Source of the DNA: Octopus vulgaris
Lineage: Eukaryota
NCBI GenBank assembly: GCA_951406725.2
Contig: OX597818.1
Location: 144,584,001-144,648,000 of the forward strand
Reading direction: 5' to 3'
DNA length: 64,000 nucleotides
Shown: in pieces, positions 39,895-52,991 of the stretch
Layout of the letters: the number at the start of each line of letters is the position of its first letter
How positions within the stretch are numbered: position 1 is the first letter of the stretch
The notes under the pieces: generated by a model
Told to the model about the DNA's origin: nothing
The model's database searches: none
The model's input: the letters and a program-made list of their open reading frames with translations, nothing else
Position numbers and translations under genes: made by a program

Positions 39895-40123
39895 TTATGA
39901 TGCCAAGAAGAAGTTCTACTGTCAAGTCTTGTCAACAGATAACACCAAGTGCCTTGGACCAGGCAAGGGCAGAGTATATCCTCCTATGGAGGAATCAGCA
40001 TACAGATTCTTGAAAATGTTCTTTCGCCGACACAATGTAGCTCTATCAAAATTACTTATGAAACTAAACCAAGCCACTCCAGTACCGGCTTGGCTTAAAG
40101 AAGATCTCCAAGAAACCTTATAG
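39895..40123 (+). CDS. NDST: NDST terminal coding exon, ends at TAG
   Basis: ttgtag|T TAT GAT...; YDAKKKFYCQVLSTDNTKCLGPGKGRVYPPMEESAYRFLKMFFRRHNVALSKLLMKLNQATPVPAWLKEDLQETL*; FYC...KCLG..KGR.YP motif with both cysteines. Confidence 0.97.
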
Positions 40124-40309
40124 TATATATCTGTAATTTCAAAACCACACACACATACACACAAAATATTTATGTAAAAATACAATTAATATACATCTAT
40201 TTAGATTATTCATCTAACATTTAAAGAACATTCTAGTTCTTGCTTGGCAAAAAAACAACAAAAAAAACCCCAAAAAAAAAACAAAAAAAATCAAAACCCG
40301 AAACCCCAA

Positions 40310-41028
40310 AATAAATGCATTATATAAACAGTCTCTACAATTTCCTACTCATTAACACATCAACTCTTTTCCTTCTCTGCCTCCCAAGCATTTTGATAAA
40401 GTCAATAGGAATATGAGGACTTTATGTTGTAAGAAAATTTAAGATATTTTTAAAATTCAATTTCTATAATTAATCACATAAGCATTTATGAGAAGAACAA
40501 ACCATCATTTCTCTCTCTCTTTCTCTCTCTATTTCTCATTATATTATCATCCTTCTTCACAATTACTACAGTAATACAAGTGAATACATTCTCATCTATG
40601 GAATGCTTAATATTTGAGTATAATTTGGTTGGTGTAAGTCTCATGCTATCAGGATTTGATGTATTTCAGCTATTCTTCTTCAATAAAATATTCCAGAGAA
40701 TATCATGTGTGTGTATATATATATATATGTATATATATATATAAATATATAATGATGTGAATATTGTATGATTTATTTGTATTCAAAAGTGTTAACATTT
40801 ATTGAACAATAGGAAAAAATATTTTTTTCCCCAAATATATGTTACATTTTTTTGTTTTGGAAGGTTTGTCCTGGTGCTGGCCCATTTGGAACACTATGCA
40901 AGTCATTTAATCTTGATCGTAATGCTGTCAATTCCTAGAACAGCTGATAATTGCCCTCCATCGTTTTGTTGTTCTATTTTTTTTTTTGCATGCTGTGTGG
41001 GTTTCTTGTTAGTTGTAATGGTAATAAA
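40310..41028 (+). promoter_or_regulatory. Candidate NDST polyadenylation signals (AATAAA at about 40310, 40682 and 41023)
   Basis: Hexamers downstream of the stop codon; common by chance in AT-rich DNA, so the real site cannot be determined. Confidence 0.25.
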
Positions 41029-41157
41029 ATCCAAGTATCATTTGAGAACTACAATGTACCGTAGGTGTCGAAGCTGAATAGTTAAGATGTTGAACTAAGT
41101 TTGAAAGCCAAGTATGATATGGTCTTAATTAATTAAAGCACATTACATATATATATA

Positions 41158-41190
<33 letters not shown>

Positions 41191-44100
41191 GTAATCTGAA
41201 GCAAAGGAAATACAAATATCAATATACAACATAAGTATTCATAGTTAATATTATTAGGTTGATGTTCAAGGAAAGAAGAAAAGTATAATATTTCAAACAT
41301 AGTTCTTTGTTGGATACTAGAGGAAAGTCCAGGAGAGACTAGGAAGGGACTAAAGGAGATAAAATGGAAAGCTTACATAGAATACATGTGGGTTAGATTC
41401 ACATGTGCACTACCCAAAGTATCCCTGCATGGCGCTGTAGACAAGTGTCTTCTACTGTAGCTTTGAGTTGGTCTGGCCAATGTCTTGTGTAGAGCTGGTA
41501 GATGAAAGCTATGGAAGCTTGTTATATGCGTGTGCACGTTTGAGAATGTTTACATTCCATGTCTCTGCATGAAAGCATCGAGCTAAAAACATTCCCCGAC
41601 AACAAATCATTTTTAGCTCTGCATTTCCAAAAATCAAATGGAATAAAAGTCCCTTTCTAGAAAAACATGTGAAGGCTAATAGTTAGGGTGTTTTGGCTCA
41701 CAATCATAAGGCTGTGGGTTGAAATCTTGGATCAAGCAGCACATTGTGTTCTTGTGCAAAGTTCTTCTTCACGTTGCTCCAGTCAGTCTACTATGATTAC
41801 CAGCTGAGTGGTCGTTTGGTTCCCTTTCCTTCCAGCTATTGCATCATAGAGGTATTGCTAGGTTCAGAGGATAGGAGTAGTGGAGAGGGTGTTTGTCTGC
41901 TGACAACTACATAGGGACCCTAACATAATTAGTAAACTGTACATTTTACAAAGCCATTCTCATTCACAGGTGACAGTTGAGTCTTTATTATTTCACTCAG
42001 GAAACAGATAAGGGTAAGCCACAAAGAATGAGTCTTGTTATAAAACAGTGCCTGTATATGTAGTTAGCCAACCCATATTAGCATAGAAAATGGATGTAAA
42101 CTGAATGAATACACTATTTCTCTCTGTCTCTCTCACCCCCACACACACCCATACCCAAACACAACTGTGGGTGAGATGAACATTCTTATTTCATAATGGC
42201 TGCAGGCATTGTATGGTTAAGAAGTTTGCTCTGCAACAAAACAATTTCAGGTTCAATCCCACAGTGTGGCAATCTTGAACAAGTTCTATCATATCAGCAG
42301 ATTGACTTGTACTTTGTGAGTGGCATGGGAACACTCGGTACCTGTGGCAACCAATCTTTTGTGTATGCATAAATACACACACACACACACACACCTCCTA
42401 CTTAATATGGATATTTTGTTAGACCACTGAATACTGTGGTACTTAACTTGAGAGACCTCTCAAGATAAATACTACAGTATTCCACATTCTAACAAAACAT
42501 CCTTGTTATGCTGGGTATAAAAATTTCCCTTTGGTATTAATACTGCCTCTGTTGATAATTATATATATATATATATATATATGTATATACACACACACAT
42601 ATACATCCACACATATATACATAAATATTACATAAAGTGGATCAGTGGGATCTATGCAATTACCACAGTCAGCACACTTATGAATTCTCAGTTAACAGGA
42701 TGTAGAGAAGAGGAAAAATAATCCAGTAAGTGCTAAGTATTCCATGCAAATTGAACATGTAGGAATTTTGATCAGTTGTAGAGTACAAGACAAAGCAAAT
42801 GAAGGAATAAAGTTATTGGTATCACATTAACCAGTTATGATTGTTTCCATAACAGTTGGAGTAAGAAGTCATTCATCATGCTGGAATGAAAATAAACAAT
42901 AATTGTGTGGGTCCATGTAATACTAAATGAAACCCAACCTGACGTTTCATCAAGACCTTTAAATAATGTAATATGTTTGCACATGAATAGATATGGTTAC
43001 AAATACAATCAGAGGGAGGGGCTTCTGTAGTTATAAAGTAACCATATTAACATGCTGACTGAAAGACATAGAATAAAGGGTTGAACAGACAGAAAGGCAT
43101 ATATATTTCTTGATAAAATTGTGTTGCCAAGCGCAACAGGTTAGGCAAGATAAAAGATGGATAATTTAGTAGGTTGTCTGAGCAAGGAAGAATGTATTCA
43201 AATTTGGGTCAGTAAATACAATGATAATCACAGGCCTTTATTAGGGGGAGTAACATCTAAGAAACAAGAATAAATGAGAGAAAAGAAGATAGAAACACAT
43301 GCAAGAAGAGGGTCATGAAGAATAGAAAGAAGAGAATCATAGTCAAAATGTTTTAGTAAAATAAAATAATGAAATTAACTCAACATTCTGATTCAGCAAA
43401 AAGTTTTACAAGAAATTTAAAAATTAAAATTGGAAACATTATTAAGTGGATGATTAATATCCCAGAAAGTTGTTAATACCTTTACAAAGGATAAAAGGGA
43501 TGTAGAACTGTATGTGTGGAGAGATGAGAGTATAATAATAGTAACAGTGAGAACTGAAATGCAATTGCTAGAAATGTTCAGTTTTATAATTTCCTATAAT
43601 TTCCTATCTAATAAGTTAGATAAATGGAATTTTCAAAAAAAATTTTTAATGTGTGTGAAGAAGCAAGAAACTGAAAAACTAGTGACTAGATGCAGTAGAT
43701 CAACGACTGACTAATTAGCAATATGTGACTAACAACAATATTGTTCATAAATTGCAATATAGAAAAAAAAAAAGAATTCAGAGAATTCTTTGTATATTTG
43801 TGTAGAGTTAGATCAGATGATCTGAGACTGGGAATCTTATATATTTCCAGTTACTCCATTGTGAACTAATTCAGTCTGTTATCAGTTGAGTAGGTTATGT
43901 GCCTACTCTTATGATATAGCACAATAACTGAAGCTAGGATTGAACCCAAGTCCAAGTGATCAGTAATTTAGTACCTCAGTCTTACAGTCAATACTTACAG
44001 TAGTCTAAATTTGCAAGCTGCAATAGTATGTTAAAACAACCTGCGTGTGTATGTGTAATGTAATATTTAGTGTTATTAATTAGTATAGTTTATAAACATT

Positions 44101-45874
44101 TACGGATTGTGGAGCTCTGTACTAGTAACAGAGTTGAGATTGTCATACAAGTTTCATCTAAAAGCTTATTCAATCAGAGTATTTATGCGCGCGCGCGCAC
44201 ACACATACGGAGTTGTTCCAGTACTCTCATCTGAAATTGAGTACCAGTGAGTCTTGGAGGATCACCTTACTGTGGTCTGACATCCTGTTCAGAGGGAAGA
44301 AATGATCTTGTACTCCAGGCCAAAATGTCTTGAAAACCCAGATAAGCGCAGCCTCATCGTCCGGCTTCAGGGAGATAACTCTGTATTGTTTCGATTTTAG
44401 CTCTCAAATATGACTTGCTACCGTTTCCATCCAATATTGGTGAAAGGTTTCGAGGGAGAAAAGCAACATTAAGTCGTGTCTCGATATCTCAAGTTCAACT
44501 TTGATATTTTCGTTTTTCAAGCAATAACATTTTTATAATTCTGTATGATTTTGTTGATTTTTCTTTTCATTTATTAAACAAACTTACGTTTATGGGTTTT
44601 TTATAGTTATTCCAGTTTTTGTTCTTTTTTTGTCGTTTTATTTGCTATATATATTTTTAGTTTACAGGCAAGGGTGTATGGTTAGGAAATTCACTTCATA
44701 TGGCCCCGTTGTGTATCATCTTTGGCATTCTACCCTAGCAATTGACTGATTAATGCATTGTGACAAAACTGGCCCATGGAAATTGTGTGGCTTATTTTGT
44801 GAATGCGTGTTTGTGCTTGTATAGGTATGTCTCTGTGTTTGCCTCAATGCTGGCATTACTTGAAAAAAAATAGTGCTCTATGATTGTCCTGTAATTTAAT
44901 GCAACAAATAGAGATTACTAACATAAGTGCCTGACTTAAAAATAAGTAGGGCCTCCATCAGTAAAGATTGATCATACAACTGCACATGAATGCATAGGCC
45001 TGGGTGAAATTTTTTCAGGAAGACTGGCTTCTCTTCATCATGATACCAAAGCCTTTCAAAGAAAAGGCCCTTTAACTTGAGCTGAAAAGGTTTGGCACCA
45101 GTGTTGTCATAGCTACAAGTAGCCTAAATAGATTCTACAAGGCTTAACCTTCTGACAGTTCAGTCAGTCCACTATCCTAGACTGATAGTTTGTCTCTGAA
45201 AGGATCAAAGGCAAAGTTGACTTCGGCAGTATTTGAACTCAGAGTGCCCGGTGTCTGAGCAAATTCTGTGTGGCATTTTGCCAAACCCTCAAGTGAATAT
45301 TTTAATTTGCTTTTTTAAGAATGAGCACTGGTGCCAATATAACTGAGAGGGTGTATAAAACCCTTCAAGGTGGCACCCTAGCATGGCTGCAGTCCAATAG
45401 CAGTGTCATTGGTTGTAGGTTCCCAATGGAATGGTGAATGGTCCACTGCATTTTTAATGGTAAAAATGTCAAGAGACTGTACACCTGAAGCAAAACAAAT
45501 ATCATTGGGTTTTTAGTTTAAAAGTACTGGTCTATTAGATTTATCTTTACACCTTGGTTTGCATTTTTACATCTTTCACCAATATACATTAGCAAAACAC
45601 ATGTGCACACACACACACACACACACATTGTCATAGTCTTTCTCAGATCTGAGAAATGTCCTGCTTACTTCTTTTGTTTTTGTTTCATTTTCTCTATATG
45701 GGCTCCTGGGTAACAATGGTGACCCAGTTTTGAGATACAGGCACTTTTTCAGTATAAATTAATGGTGCATAAAGTAATCTACTATTCTATAACTGAGGTA
45801 TCTTTTCAAGACTTGATGAACAACAAACTGTTACAAAATTCAGTGGTAACTCCTGTCCAACTTGAAAAATATAC

Positions 45875-46065
45875 ATCATCATCATCATCATCATCATCAT
45901 CATTTAGCATCTACTCTCCATGCTGGCATGGGTTCAACGGTTTAACTGGAACTGGCAAGCTGGAGAGCTATACCAGGTTCCAGTCTGATTTTGCATGGTT
46001 TCTACAGCTGGATGCCCTTCCTAGGGCTAACCATTGCAAGAGCATAGTGGGTACCTTTTACATGT
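45875..46065 (-). mobile_element. (GAT)n-tailed SINE
   Basis: (cat)n then ccatgctggcatgggtt...tttctacagctggatgcccttcct. Confidence 0.8.
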
Positions 46066-46997
46066 CATCAACACCAGCCACAACTTGGCTTGATGAATCT
46101 TCTCAAACACAGCAAATCACCAAAGGTCTTCATCACATGTCATCTCCTCCATGAGACCCAACATTCACAGATCATGCTTTACCACCTTGTCTCATGTCTT
46201 CTTGGGTCTATCTCTTTCACAGGTTCCCTCCACAGAGACAGGCACTTTATGCAGCTGTCCTCGTTCATATGCAGAATAAATAAATAAATAGAAAAATGGT
46301 CACACATGTATAGACTGAAGTACTTCAAGACACCATGAACAAACATGATGAGTTTTTTAATATTTTCTGCAGTTTCTCTCTATCAAATTCCATACTTGAC
46401 TGAGATATTACATAGTGAGATCAAATCTAGAACTGTGTAGTTTGCAAAATACTTGCTGTGGTAACATAGTCCTGCATGCACCCATTTTGTTTTCATTTTA
46501 TTACTATAGTATGTCTTTAAAGTGTACCAGAAAAGATGGAGTACCAGGCAGAGTACCTCACAACCAGCTGAGAGGTTTTTACTAAGACATTAAACTATAA
46601 AATGGTTCCTTCTAACCTTAATGTAAGTATATGCTACAGCATTATTACAACAAAAAAAAATCAAAAATAAAGCTTTTTTTTGTTTTAAGAAATTCACTTT
46701 GTACTTATGTGGTTTTGAGTTAAATCTTTACTGCACAGTACTTTGTGTAAGTGTCTTTCTTCTACCATAACCTTGGATCAACCAAAAGCTTTTGACTGAA
46801 ATTTAGTAAATAGAAACTAGTGTAGAAGTCTGTTGGAGGGACCATTCATTTTCTTTAGTGGTAGATTTAAACTGTTGCATCATTTAATATTACTACTTGG
46901 TCCTTGAGTGCCTTTAGTAGAGTCCTCTTAGTTCAGGACTGAGGATAATTTCTTCCCTTCAATCTGAGACCCATCCTTCCTCTAATACATCATAATA

Positions 46998-47270
46998 CAT
47001 CATTTTCATGCTAAGGGTTGCTGAAGCATGGAACAAACTGCCGGCATCAGTTGTTAGTTGTCGGAGCACTGCATCCTTCAAAACTTCCATGCTTCCTGAG
47101 ATTCGCCAACACTACACCTGATTTTCTCCCCTCCATACACACACAGGCATGTATCTGACTCATACACTGTTCACTTTCCAGACATTTGTACATTACTGCA
47201 TATACTTTATATGCATTTTTGACAAGTTGTGGTGCACCTGAGCACTGTATACAATAATTTCATTATTATA
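46998..47270 (+). mobile_element. CR1-clade LINE 3' end (ORF2 tip plus 3' UTR)
   Basis: LRVAEAWNKLPASVVSCRSTASFKTSMLPEIRQHYT*; near-identical to 57255-57537; (ATT)n tail. Confidence 0.92.
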
Positions 47271-47305
47271 AAAAATATTAAAAGTAAAAAAAATGTGGTG
47301 TTTTG

Positions 47306-49466
47306 TTAGCTTGAGTATAGCTGGGTAAAATATGAACTTAGCTTGAGTATAGCTGGGTAAAATATGAACTTAGCTTGAGTATAGCTGGGTAAAATATGAA
47401 CTTAGCTTGAGTATAGCTGAGGTAAAATATGAACTTAGCTTGAGTATAGCTGGGTAAAATATGAAACTTGAGTATAGCTGGGTAAAATATGAACTAGCTT
47501 GAGTATAGCTGGGTAAAATATGAACTGAAATAGCTTGAGTATAGCTGGGTAAAATATGAACTTAGCTTGAGTATAGCTGGGTAAAATATGAACTTAGCTT
47601 GAGTATAGCTGGGTAAAATATGAACTTAGCTTGAGTATAGCTGGGTAAAATATGAACTTAGCTTGAGTATAGCTGGGTAAAATAGTTGTAAGTAGCTTGA
47701 GTATAGCTGGGTAAAATATGAACTTAGCTTGAGTATAGCTGGGTAAAATATGAACTTAGCTTGAGTATAGCTGGGTAAAAAAATATGAACTGGTAAATAT
47801 GAACTTAGCTTGAGTATAGCTGGGTAAAATATGAACTTAGCTTGAGTATAGCTGGGTAAAATATGAACTTAGCTTGAGTATAGCTGGGTAAAATATGAAC
47901 TTAGCTTGAGTATAGCTGGGTAAAATATGAACTTAGCTTGAGTATAGCTGGGTAAAATATGAACTTAGCTTGAGTATAGCTGGGTAAAATATGAACTTAG
48001 CTTGAGCTGGGTAAAATATGAACTTAGCTTGAGTATAGCTGGGTAAAATATGAACTTAGCTTGAGTATAGCTGGGTAAAATATGAACTTAGCTTGAGTAT
48101 AGCTGGGTAAAATATGTAAAATATGAACTTAGCTTAGCTTGAGTATAGCTGTAAATATGAACTTAGCTTGAGTATAGCTGGGTAAAATATGAACATAGCT
48201 TGAGTATAGCTGGGTAAAATATGAACTTAGCTTGAGTATAGCTGGGTAAAATATGAACTTAGCTTGAGTATAGCTGGGTAAAATATGAACTTAGCTTGAG
48301 TATAGCTGGGTAAAATATGAACTTAGCTTGAGTATAGCTGGGTAAAATATGAACATAGCTTGAGTATAGCTGGGTAAAATATGAACTTAGCTTGAGTATA
48401 GCTGGGTAAAATATGAACATAGCTTGAGTATAGCTGGGTAAAATATGAACATAGCTTGAGTATAGCTGGGTAAAATATGAACTTAGCTTGAGTATAGCTG
48501 GGTAAAATATGAACTTAGCTTGAGTATAGCTGGGTAAAATATGAACTTAGCTTGAGTATAGCTAGGGTAAAATATGAACTTAGCTTGAGTATAGCTGGGT
48601 AAAATATGAACATAGCTTGAGTATAGCTGGGTAAAATATGAACTTAGCTTGAGTATAGCTGGGTAAAATATGAACTTAGCTTGAGTATAGCTGGGTAAAA
48701 TATGAACTTAGCTTGAGTATAGCTGGGTAAAATATGAACTTAGCTTGAGTATAGCTGGGTAAAATATGAACATAGCTTGAGTATAGCTGGGTAAAATATG
48801 AACTTAGCTTGAGTATAGCTGGGTAAAATATGAACTTAGCTTGAGTATAGCTGGGTAAAATATGAACTTAGCTTGAGTATAGCTGGGTAAAATATGAACT
48901 TAGCTTGAGTATAGCTGGGTAAAATATGAATATAGCTTGAGTATAGCTGGGTAAAATATGAACTTAGCTTGAGTATAGCTGGGTAAAATATGAACATAGC
49001 TTGAGTATAGCTGGGTAAAATATGAACTTAGCTTGAGTATAGCTGGGTAAAATATGAACATAGCTTGAGTATAGCTGGGTAAAATATGAACTTAGCTTGA
49101 GTATAGCTGGGTAAAATATGAACTTAGCTTGAGTATAGCTGGGTAAAATATGAACTTAGCTTGAGTATAGCTGGGTAAAATATGAACTTAGCTTGAGTAT
49201 AGCTGGGTAAAATATGAACTTAGCTTGAGTATAGCTGGGTAAAATATGAACTTAGCTTGTATAGTATAGCTGAGGACTTAGCTTGAGTATAGCTGTAAAA
49301 TATGAACTTAGCTTGAGTATAGCTGGGTAAAATATGAACTTAGCTTGAGTATAGCTGGGTAAAATATGAACTTAGCTTGAGTATAGCTGGGTAAAATATG
49401 AACTTAGCTTGATAATAGCTGGGTAAAATATGAACTTAGCTTGAGTATAGCTGGGTAAAATATGAA
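47306..49466. repeat. Minisatellite of ~67 copies of the 32-bp unit TTAGCTTGAGTATAGCTGGGTAAAATATGAAC
   Basis: Head-to-tail, highly homogeneous, no spacers; indel-rich units near both ends. Confidence 0.98.
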
Positions 49467-50221
49467 TGCAGATGAAAACCTCTCACCCAGTGAATTGACA
49501 TATAACACTGTAAATTTTAAAGAGGGCTGCAACTGGTCTTGGAAATAGGGGTCAGGCCTGTCAGCTAAGGGATTATTAACTCATATCTTGTCACCATCAT
49601 TGCATTCTGTCTCTGTTAAAGAGACTTAGCCTTTTAGTGAATAAAATTGTGCATTATACAAGGAAGATAGACTGAAAGAAGTGGGTTTTGTCCTCAATAA
49701 CTGGAGACCTCCATTGATTGAATTTGACCATGTACCTGTACCTTTATACACAGGCCTGGGCAAGGTTTTGAGTGGAAAATTACCAGTTGCTTATTCATGC
49801 AAGTCTCCACACCACTGATGCTCAAGGAAAAGGTTACCATTTTAGGACTGATACAGCTTGGCACTAACGTTATAACTGTCAAAACACAAAGTACCGGAGG
49901 AAATACAAGTCACCACATTTGATGTTGTCATGTCAGTTCATCAACCTGGATCAATAATTGATTGGAGGAAAAGTAAAATTGACCTCAGCATGTTTGAAGT
50001 TATTTATAGCAAAGAGTGGCGGAAGGAATACTGCCAGACACTCTATCAGATGTTTTGGCAATTCTTCCAATTCATTACCTTGGTTCTCATTAAAAACATG
50101 AATAAAATATAAGTGCATTTTAGCTGGGTTTTTTGTTTGATGTTGCCATTCCTCCCACCCCATACACACCACCACCAAGGAGAAGCTATCAAGAGAATAT
50201 ATAGATTCACTAGACAAATAA

Positions 50222-50402
50222 CAATTTCAAATTTTAGCACAACGCCAACAATTTTGAGGGAAAGGGTTAAGTAAATTACATTGACCTTAGTGCTAAACTG
50301 GTGCTTATTTTATTGACCCTAAAAGGATGAGAGGCAAAGTCGACCTCGACAGAACTTGAATTCAGATTGTAAAGACAAACAAATGCCACTAACACAGCTC
50401 GC
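50222..50402 (-). mobile_element. Meta-domain-like tRNA SINE
   Basis: ttattttattgaccctaaaaggatgagaggcaaagtcgacctc...ttgaattcag. Confidence 0.8.
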
Positions 50403-50799
50403 TGTCTTCACATCAGACAAATAATCACAAGTAGAAGACTTAGACATTGCATTTTGTTATGGTGCACAGAGATAAAGATGATGTCAAATATAATTAAAAC
50501 AAAACAGACCTGCCCACGACTTTGATTTTAAAAAATGTTGAACTACAAACCTGTTCAGAGAAAAAAAGAAAACAAAACATCATGAAAATGTCGTGAATCT
50601 ATCTACTTGGTTGTAGTGGACACCAGAATTAGATATGGTTCTGTGATGCAATGTGTAAAGTTTACTTGTCTTTCATTAATTTAATATACTTAGTTCAAAT
50701 CCTGAAGTTAAATTATAAGCCAGCAAAATATTTCTATGGGGTTGTTCAATCTACTAGAAATAACAACCAAATCTTTCTTAAATCATGCTCTACTGCCCA

Positions 50800-50965
50800 A
50801 GGAAGCAAGACGTTCAGCATGTGGTAGATGCCTGATGGCAGGTATTTGTCTGGTAGCATGTTTCAAAACAGTTTCCATCAGACTGGTGATGCCCAGCAAG
50901 ATAGGGGTTCCAGACTGGTGATGCCCAGTAAGATAGGGGTTCCAGACTGGTGATGCAAACTCTAA
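50800..50965 (-). mobile_element. CR1 ORF2 fragment with an internal 32-bp tandem duplication
   Basis: Similar to 54200-54340; cagactggtgatgc at 50879, 50911 and 50943. Confidence 0.75.
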
Positions 50966-51501
50966 TACTTCAATAATTACAAATATGCAGCTCCACCCAA
51001 GATGTATGTACGGCTGTATGGCTAAGATGTTTGATTGGTAACCACTTGGTTTCTGGTTCGATCCTACTGCATGGTATCTTTAGTAAGTGTCTTTGACTAC
51101 AGCCTTTGGTCATTTCACCAGTGTCTTCTGAGAGAAATTTAGCAATATTTACTAAACAGAAGCCTGGCATGTCTGTTGCATTTAATGCAAATGGGGAGTT
51201 TCCATGTGTCATTGTATCGAATCTTGAGCATTAGTGAAATTTATATATTTCCTTCTATAAACAAAATGTTCTGCTTGACAGTTTGACATGGGAAAACCAG
51301 TGGAGTATAGCACCTTATTTGAAAACAAGTAAGTCAGGGAGGGTATTCAGCTTTAGAAGTCATGTCCATCTGTCTGATGTAGTTCTATCTCACCTCTACC
51401 AGCCTGGAAAAAGTTGACTTAAAAAAGATGATGATAACTTTACATATTTAAAGTCTCACTGTGAAATTAAGGCTGTTGAGGGCGTTTTTGGCTGCTTCAG
51501 A

Positions 51502-51873
51502 GGACTGGTTTTGTTGTTAATTAATTCTACAAGATTTTCTGAAAACTTTCATTTCCAGGATGCTTGGTGATAGTATTTATTAAAATGTAAACAAGTCTCT
51601 GCCTGTGAAATGGTAGAAGGTTGATGACAGCTTGACAATTATTTTTCCTGTATCAATATAGTGCAGAAAGTTAAAAATGAATAGTCATACCACTTATGTC
51701 TGTAGTTACACTGTATTGATGTTGTAACAATTATTGTCAAGCTGTCACCAGCATTTCACCCAAGCATGAAATTGTTCACATTTTAATAATTTCCCACAAT
51801 TATCACTCAATGTATTGGGATGGAAAAGTAAGTTGATCGTGGTTGAGTTGCTAACAATGAAACTGGTGGGTCC
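51502..51873. repeat. Long imperfect inverted repeat (foldback), ~160-bp arms and ~40-nt loop
   Basis: TGACAGCTTGACAAT (51625-51639) and ATTGTCAAGCTGTCA (51733-51747) are perfect complements; 51577-51594 vs 51772-51789 match 17/18; weaker pairing continues outward. Confidence 0.88.
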
Positions 51874-52780
51874 AATTCTTGTCTCAGGTTATCAAAATAA
51901 AAACTCTCATAAATCTAATTTTGTGAGATTAAATATATGACGATGACTCCTTATAATTATCTATTCTCAACTCATGTTCACACGACCAAAAATAGAAAAC
52001 TAAAATATCTTTAATTACAAAAATGATTCACAGAAACTGTAAATAGAATGTAAAGATGAATGGGAGGAAAGGAAAAAAAGAATCAAGAATTTCATAGATG
52101 GAAACTATCAGGAAAAACTGGCACTTTGTCAGCTGCGACGATGAGTGTTCCAGTTGCTCTGATCAACAGAACAGCCTACTCGTGAAATTAATGTGCAAAT
52201 GGTTGAGCTCTCCATAGACACACACATCTTTAAAAGGAAGATACAGCATGACACAGAATGTGACGAGGCTGGAGCAAGCTGAAATAAAGTGTCTTGTTCA
52301 AGGATACGTGTCACAAGGAATCCAACTCATGCCTTTGCGATCATGAGCCGAATAACCTAACCACTAAGCCACAGGTTAAAATACAAAGATTATATGAGGA
52401 GAGCAGATGAGAAGAGACTGACATGGTGATCCATGATACTGAGCCTGCTGAGACCAGACAAATCAAGATGATCAGGGGTGGGGACTGGTGCTTTAGTACA
52501 ATGATATGCAATCTTTCATGGATGATATATTCTTTTATTCTCTTCACATGGAAAACTTCATAGACCACAAGCTATGAAATTACTTTTAATTGTATTATGT
52601 AACAACACAGTAGGCCATAAAACTGGCTGTGGACCATAAAAACTCTGATATGGACAACTGGTGGTCCACCTGTTCTCTGATGCGTTATCACTACTTTGTG
52701 AGTAATGAGTCTAATGATGGCTCAAGGGAGGATACTCAGGAAATTTAATTCATTCTACTAAAGATTCAGTGTTTTATATT

Positions 52781-52991
52781 CATTTCTACTCTAGGCGCAA
52801 AGCCCGAAATTTTGGGGATGGAGGCCAGTCGATTAGATCGACCCCAGTACACAACTGGTACTTAATTTATCGATCTCGAAAGGATGAAAGGCAAAGTCGA
52901 CCTGGGTGGAATTTGAACTCAGAACGTAAAGACATGAAATAACCCTAAGCATTTTGCCTGGTTGCTAACGCTTCTACCAGCTCACCACCTT
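52781..52991 (-). mobile_element. Full-length tRNA-head Meta-domain-like SINE with 18-bp TSD
   Basis: B box gagttcaaattcc; body gcctttcatcctttcgagatcgataaattaagtacc; TSD GATTCAGTGTTTTATATT at 52763-52780 and 52992-53009. Confidence 0.92.

Noticed and set aside
47306-49466. CRISPR array (32-bp repeats)
   Set aside because: Units are directly head-to-tail with no unique spacers, there are no cas genes, and the context is eukaryotic
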